Assembly: GCA_050693035.1 (NCBI GenBank)
Contig: JBOGWB010000009.1
Coordinates: 4,021 to 68,020 of the forward strand
Length of the DNA stretch: 64,000 bases
DNA from: Actinomycetota bacterium
GTDB lineage: Bacteria > Actinomycetota > UBA4738 > CALAEC01
Direction of reading: 5' to 3'
Under the pieces are notes generated by a model. The model was not told the origin of the DNA. It saw only the letters and a list, made by a program, of their open reading frames with translations, and searched no databases. Position 1 is the first letter of the stretch. Every line of letters starts with the position of its first letter. A program made the translations under genes and the position numbers. Shown here in pieces: positions 61,402 to 64,000 of this stretch.

Positions 61402-64000
61402 TCACCACTCGACCAGCTTCCAAATCACGGGCTGGACCTCCCCGGCCTCCTGACCGACCTCCGAGAAGATCGTCACCGCCTGCTTCAGGTGGGACATCGC
61501 CTCCTCGGACCGGCCCGCGGCGTGCAGGAGGTCGGCGAGGTTGTTGTGCAGAGCCGCCTCTCGGTGCCGGTCTCCTTGCCCCGCGCAGAGCACCAGGGCC
61601 TGCTCCGCGAGCTCCTGCGCCCGGTCCACCTCACCTGCGGAACCGTGGACCAGGGCCAGGTTGTTGAGGGCGGCCACCCGGGCGCTCGGATCGGGGAGGG
61701 TCTCGGCGATGGCCAGGCTTTGCTCGAGGTGCCGGAGGGCTTCGGCTCGGTCCCCTGACCGGCCGGCCAGGATCCCGAGGATGTTGTGGGCCTGGGCCAG
61801 GGCTTCCGGGTCGTCCGCGGCCTCCGCCAGCTTCAGCGCCCGTTGGGCAAGCTCGAGCGCCTCGTCGCTGCGTCCCCCGTCGTGAGCGTTGAGGCTTCGG
61901 TCGGCGAGGATGCGGGCCGTCCGGGCGCCATTGGAGCCGGCCTCGTCCACCGCCTGATGGGCGGCCTCGAAGTGGCGCTCGGCTCGGTCCCAGTGGCCCA
62001 GGCGGTGGTGCACGGCCCCGAGCCGGTGCTCGATCCCAGCAAGCCGGGCCGGCTCGGCGACAGCGGCGGCGGTCTCGTAGCTCGCCAGAGCGGCCGCGTA
62101 GCGCCCCAAGAGGGTGTGCACCTCCCCGATGGACTCGTTCAGCCCGGCGGGATCTGGGTGGCCGAGGGCCAACGCCGCCTGGAAGTGCTCGAGGGCCTCC
62201 GTGTTGGCGAATAGCCGACGAGCGTGCTCCCCGGCCAGCCGAAAGTGCTCCGCCGCGTCCCGCTCGAGGCCCGCCATCCGGTAGTGGCGAGCGATCACGG
62301 CGGCGGCCGCGCCAGGGTGCCGGGGGCTGCGAGCCAGGGACCGGGCCACTCGCCGATGCAGGAGGCGCCTGCGAGTGAAGGTGGCCTCCTCGTAGGCCAG
62401 GGCTCGCAGCTTGTCGTGGCTGAAGTCGTAGGAGGGCCCCGCTTCTGTCTGTCCTTCCCCGGACTCCATGACGAGGCCCCGGCCGATCAGCTCCTCCAGG
62501 GCCACCACCGTCTCCTCCTCGCTCCGCCCGCCGGCTTCCCGGACGGTCTCGAAGTCGAAGGAGCGGCCGATGACGGCCGCGGCGGCCAGCACCTGTTGGG
62601 CCACCTCGCTGGCCGAGCCGATCCGGGATAAGAGGAGCTCCCGGGCCTCGCCCGGCAGGGGCCACTCCCTCGCTTCCTCCGTCGTCCCGGCCCGCTGGAC
62701 GATCGCCGCCAGGTACTGCGCCAGGAGGAACGGAAGTCCTTCCGTCTCCTCGAAGAGGCGCCGGGCGAGCCCCTCCCCCGGCTCAGACCCTACCGATGCC
62801 CGGACGAGTTCCTCGACCTCCTCCCGGCCAAGTCTCGACAGGACGATGGCTCTCCCCTGGCCCGCTCGCTCCGTGCGGCTGAGCAAGTGCCGCAGCGGGT
62901 GCCCACGGGGGACCAGCTCCTCCCGCCAGCAGGCCAGCAGAAGAAGGGGGCGTCCGGAGAGCCGCCCAACCACGTAGGCGAGCGCATCGAGGGAAGCCTC
63001 GTCGGCCCAGTGGAGATCGTCCAAGAACAGCACTCCGGGCACCACCCCCTCGCAGGCTGTCTGGAGGACCTGGCCTACGGACTCGAAGAGGCGGCTCTGG
63101 GCTCCCGGACGATCCAGGGGCAGAGGCGGCGGGAGACCCGGGCGAAGCTCGGCCAACTCTGGAAGCAGCCGAGTGATCTCGCTGAGGTCGCGCTCCGGCA
63201 TCCGGTCCAGCAGCGGGATGTCCCGGCCCACCACCGCGGACCGGAGGGCTTCGATCACCGTCCCGAAGGCCAGCCGCGTTTCGTCTTCGTAGCCCCGCGC
63301 AGCGATGACCGGGCCTCCCCGAGCGGCCACCCCCCGGAGGAACTCCTCCGCCAGGCGAGTCTTGCCCACGCCCGCCTCCCCCTCGAGGACAACGAGCCGG
63401 CCGTCGGGGCCGACCGAGTCGTAGGACTCCAGGAGGGCGGCCGACTGGGCGGCCCGGCCGACGAATGGAAGGAGGGGACCTGGGACCGGCGCCGGGGCGT
63501 CCGCCGGCGCGGTTCGCCGAGGAACCCAGTCCTCCTCGATGGCGTGGTAAAGCTCGGTGGTCTCCTCAAGCGGGGGAACGCCGAGTTCCTGGTCCAGGAC
63601 CCTGACGCAGTCCCGGTACTGCCGGATCGCCCCCGCCCTCTCCCCGGTGCCCGCGTACAGCAGCATGAGCTGGCGGTGGGCGGGCTCGTGGAGGGGATCG
63701 AGCTGGAGCCACCGCCGGGCGTGGCCGATCGCGGCCTCGACGTCCTCCGCCTCGGCCTCCGCCTGCGCCAGCCGCTCCAGAGCCCAGGCCAGGTCCCGCC
63801 TCAGGCCTTCCGATTGGAAGAGCTGCCACTCGTCGAACCCCAGGCTGTCCCGAAGGGCGAACCCGGCCAGGAAGTCCCCCCGGTGGAGATCCACGGCCTC
63901 CGACAGCGGCCGGATGCACCGAGGACATGTGTCGTCGCGGTCGTGGCCGTGGGTGCGAGTGTCGGCCAGAAAGTCGTGGAACCTCTGCACGTCCAGCCAG
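61402..64000 (-). CDS. SARP/AfsR-like regulator: BTAD + P-loop NTPase + TPR repeats (5' end probably beyond the window)
   Basis: BTAD segment (ALERLAQAEAE...LDPLHEPAHRQLMLLYAGTGERAGAIRQYRDCVRVLDQELGVPP), Walker A LEGEAGVGKTRL, Walker B LFLDDLHWAD, and C-terminal TPR-like A/L-rich repeats. Confidence 0.8.
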   Translation of the reverse strand, partial: WLDVQRFHDFLADTRTHGHDRDDTCPRCIRPLSEAVDLHRGDFLAGFALRDSLGFDEWQLFQSEGLRRDLAWALERLAQAEAEAEDVEAAIGHARRWLQLDPLHEPAHRQLMLLYAGTGERAGAIRQYRDCVRVLDQELGVPPLEETTELYHAIEEDWVPRRTAPADAPAPVPGPLLPFVGRAAQSAALLESYDSVGPDGRLVVLEGEAGVGKTRLAEEFLRGVAARGGPVIAARGYEDETRLAFGTVIEALRSAVVGRDIPLLDRMPERDLSEITRLLPELAELRPGLPPPLPLDRPGAQSRLFESVGQVLQTACEGVVPGVLFLDDLHWADEASLDALAYVVGRLSGRPLLLLACWREELVPRGHPLRHLLSRTERAGQGRAIVLSRLGREEVEELVRASVGSEPGEGLARRLFEETEGLPFLLAQYLAAIVQRAGTTEEAREWPLPGEARELLLSRIGSASEVAQQVLAAAAVIGRSFDFETVREAGGRSEEETVVALEELIGRGLVMESGEGQTEAGPSYDFSHDKLRALAYEEATFTRRRLLHRRVARSLARSPRHPGAAAAVIARHYRMAGLERDAAEHFRLAGEHARRLFANTEALEHFQAALALGHPDPAGLNESIGEVHTLLGRYAAALASYETAAAVAEPARLAGIEHRLGAVHHRLGHWDRAERHFEAAHQAVDEAGSNGARTARILADRSLNAHDGGRSDEALELAQRALKLAEAADDPEALAQAHNILGILAGRSGDRAEALRHLEQSLAIAETLPDPSARVAALNNLALVHGSAGEVDRAQELAEQALVLCAGQGDRHREAALHNNLADLLHAAGRSEEAMSHLKQAVTIFSEVGQEAGEVQPVIWKLVEW

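Noticed and set aside
1-64000. CRISPR arrays, IS elements/transposases, rRNA genes, prophage structural genes, known defence-system genes
   Set aside because: Scanning both strands by eye, I found no spaced direct-repeat arrays, no DDE/HUH transposase-like or integrase-like ORFs, and no rRNA-like stretches. The only repeat of note is the 47-bp tRNA-Val half-site.

Overview
GC-rich (by eye about two-thirds G+C, not computed), gene-dense chromosomal segment that looks actinobacterial. Supporting content: PIM-type glycolipid genes, hemE-ferrochelatase, menaquinone genes, a SigF/UsfX-style partner-switching module and a SARP-like regulator. I support about 75 protein genes or gene remnants and 3 tRNAs (Val-CAC, Val-GAC, Cys-GCA). 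I recognised no rRNA, CRISPR array, transposase or integrase. Real genes are very often coupled by 4-nt GTGA/ATGA start/stop overlaps, and I used this to trim over-long ORFs in the track. Many long ORFs in the track are antisense or off-frame shadows typical of high-GC DNA. Most of the window is housekeeping: pdxS, htpX-lemA, pimA cluster, EF-G paralogue, hemE/cpfC, thrS, menA/menG/menC-like, moaA, ispD, ptsH. Stand-outs: (1) A cyanophycin locus at 29.9-36.5 kb. It holds cyanophycinase plus full-length CphA1, facing an M20 peptidase plus a shortened CphA paralogue that has the N and Mur-ligase domains but no ATP-grasp domain. It sits directly beside a large sigma-factor partner-switching module (23.8-29.5 kb). 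(2) A secreted lysyl-oxidase-family protein whose Cu-site and LTQ motifs are readable. (3) An AhpD/CMD-family gene with a single in-frame TGA where the second Cys of the CxxC motif is expected, followed by a hairpin. This is either a selenocysteine candidate or a nonsense pseudogene. (4) A 3.6-kb lower-GC insert flanked by a perfect 47-bp direct repeat of the 3' half of tRNA-Val(GAC). It carries a toxin-antitoxin pair and decayed rib and SnoaL genes. (5) MenA fused to a split-barrel (PNPOx/FDOR-like) domain. (6) A PIM-like operon headed by a catalytically degenerate CDP-alcohol phosphatidyltransferase-like protein. All family calls come from reading motifs by eye. No database search was run.
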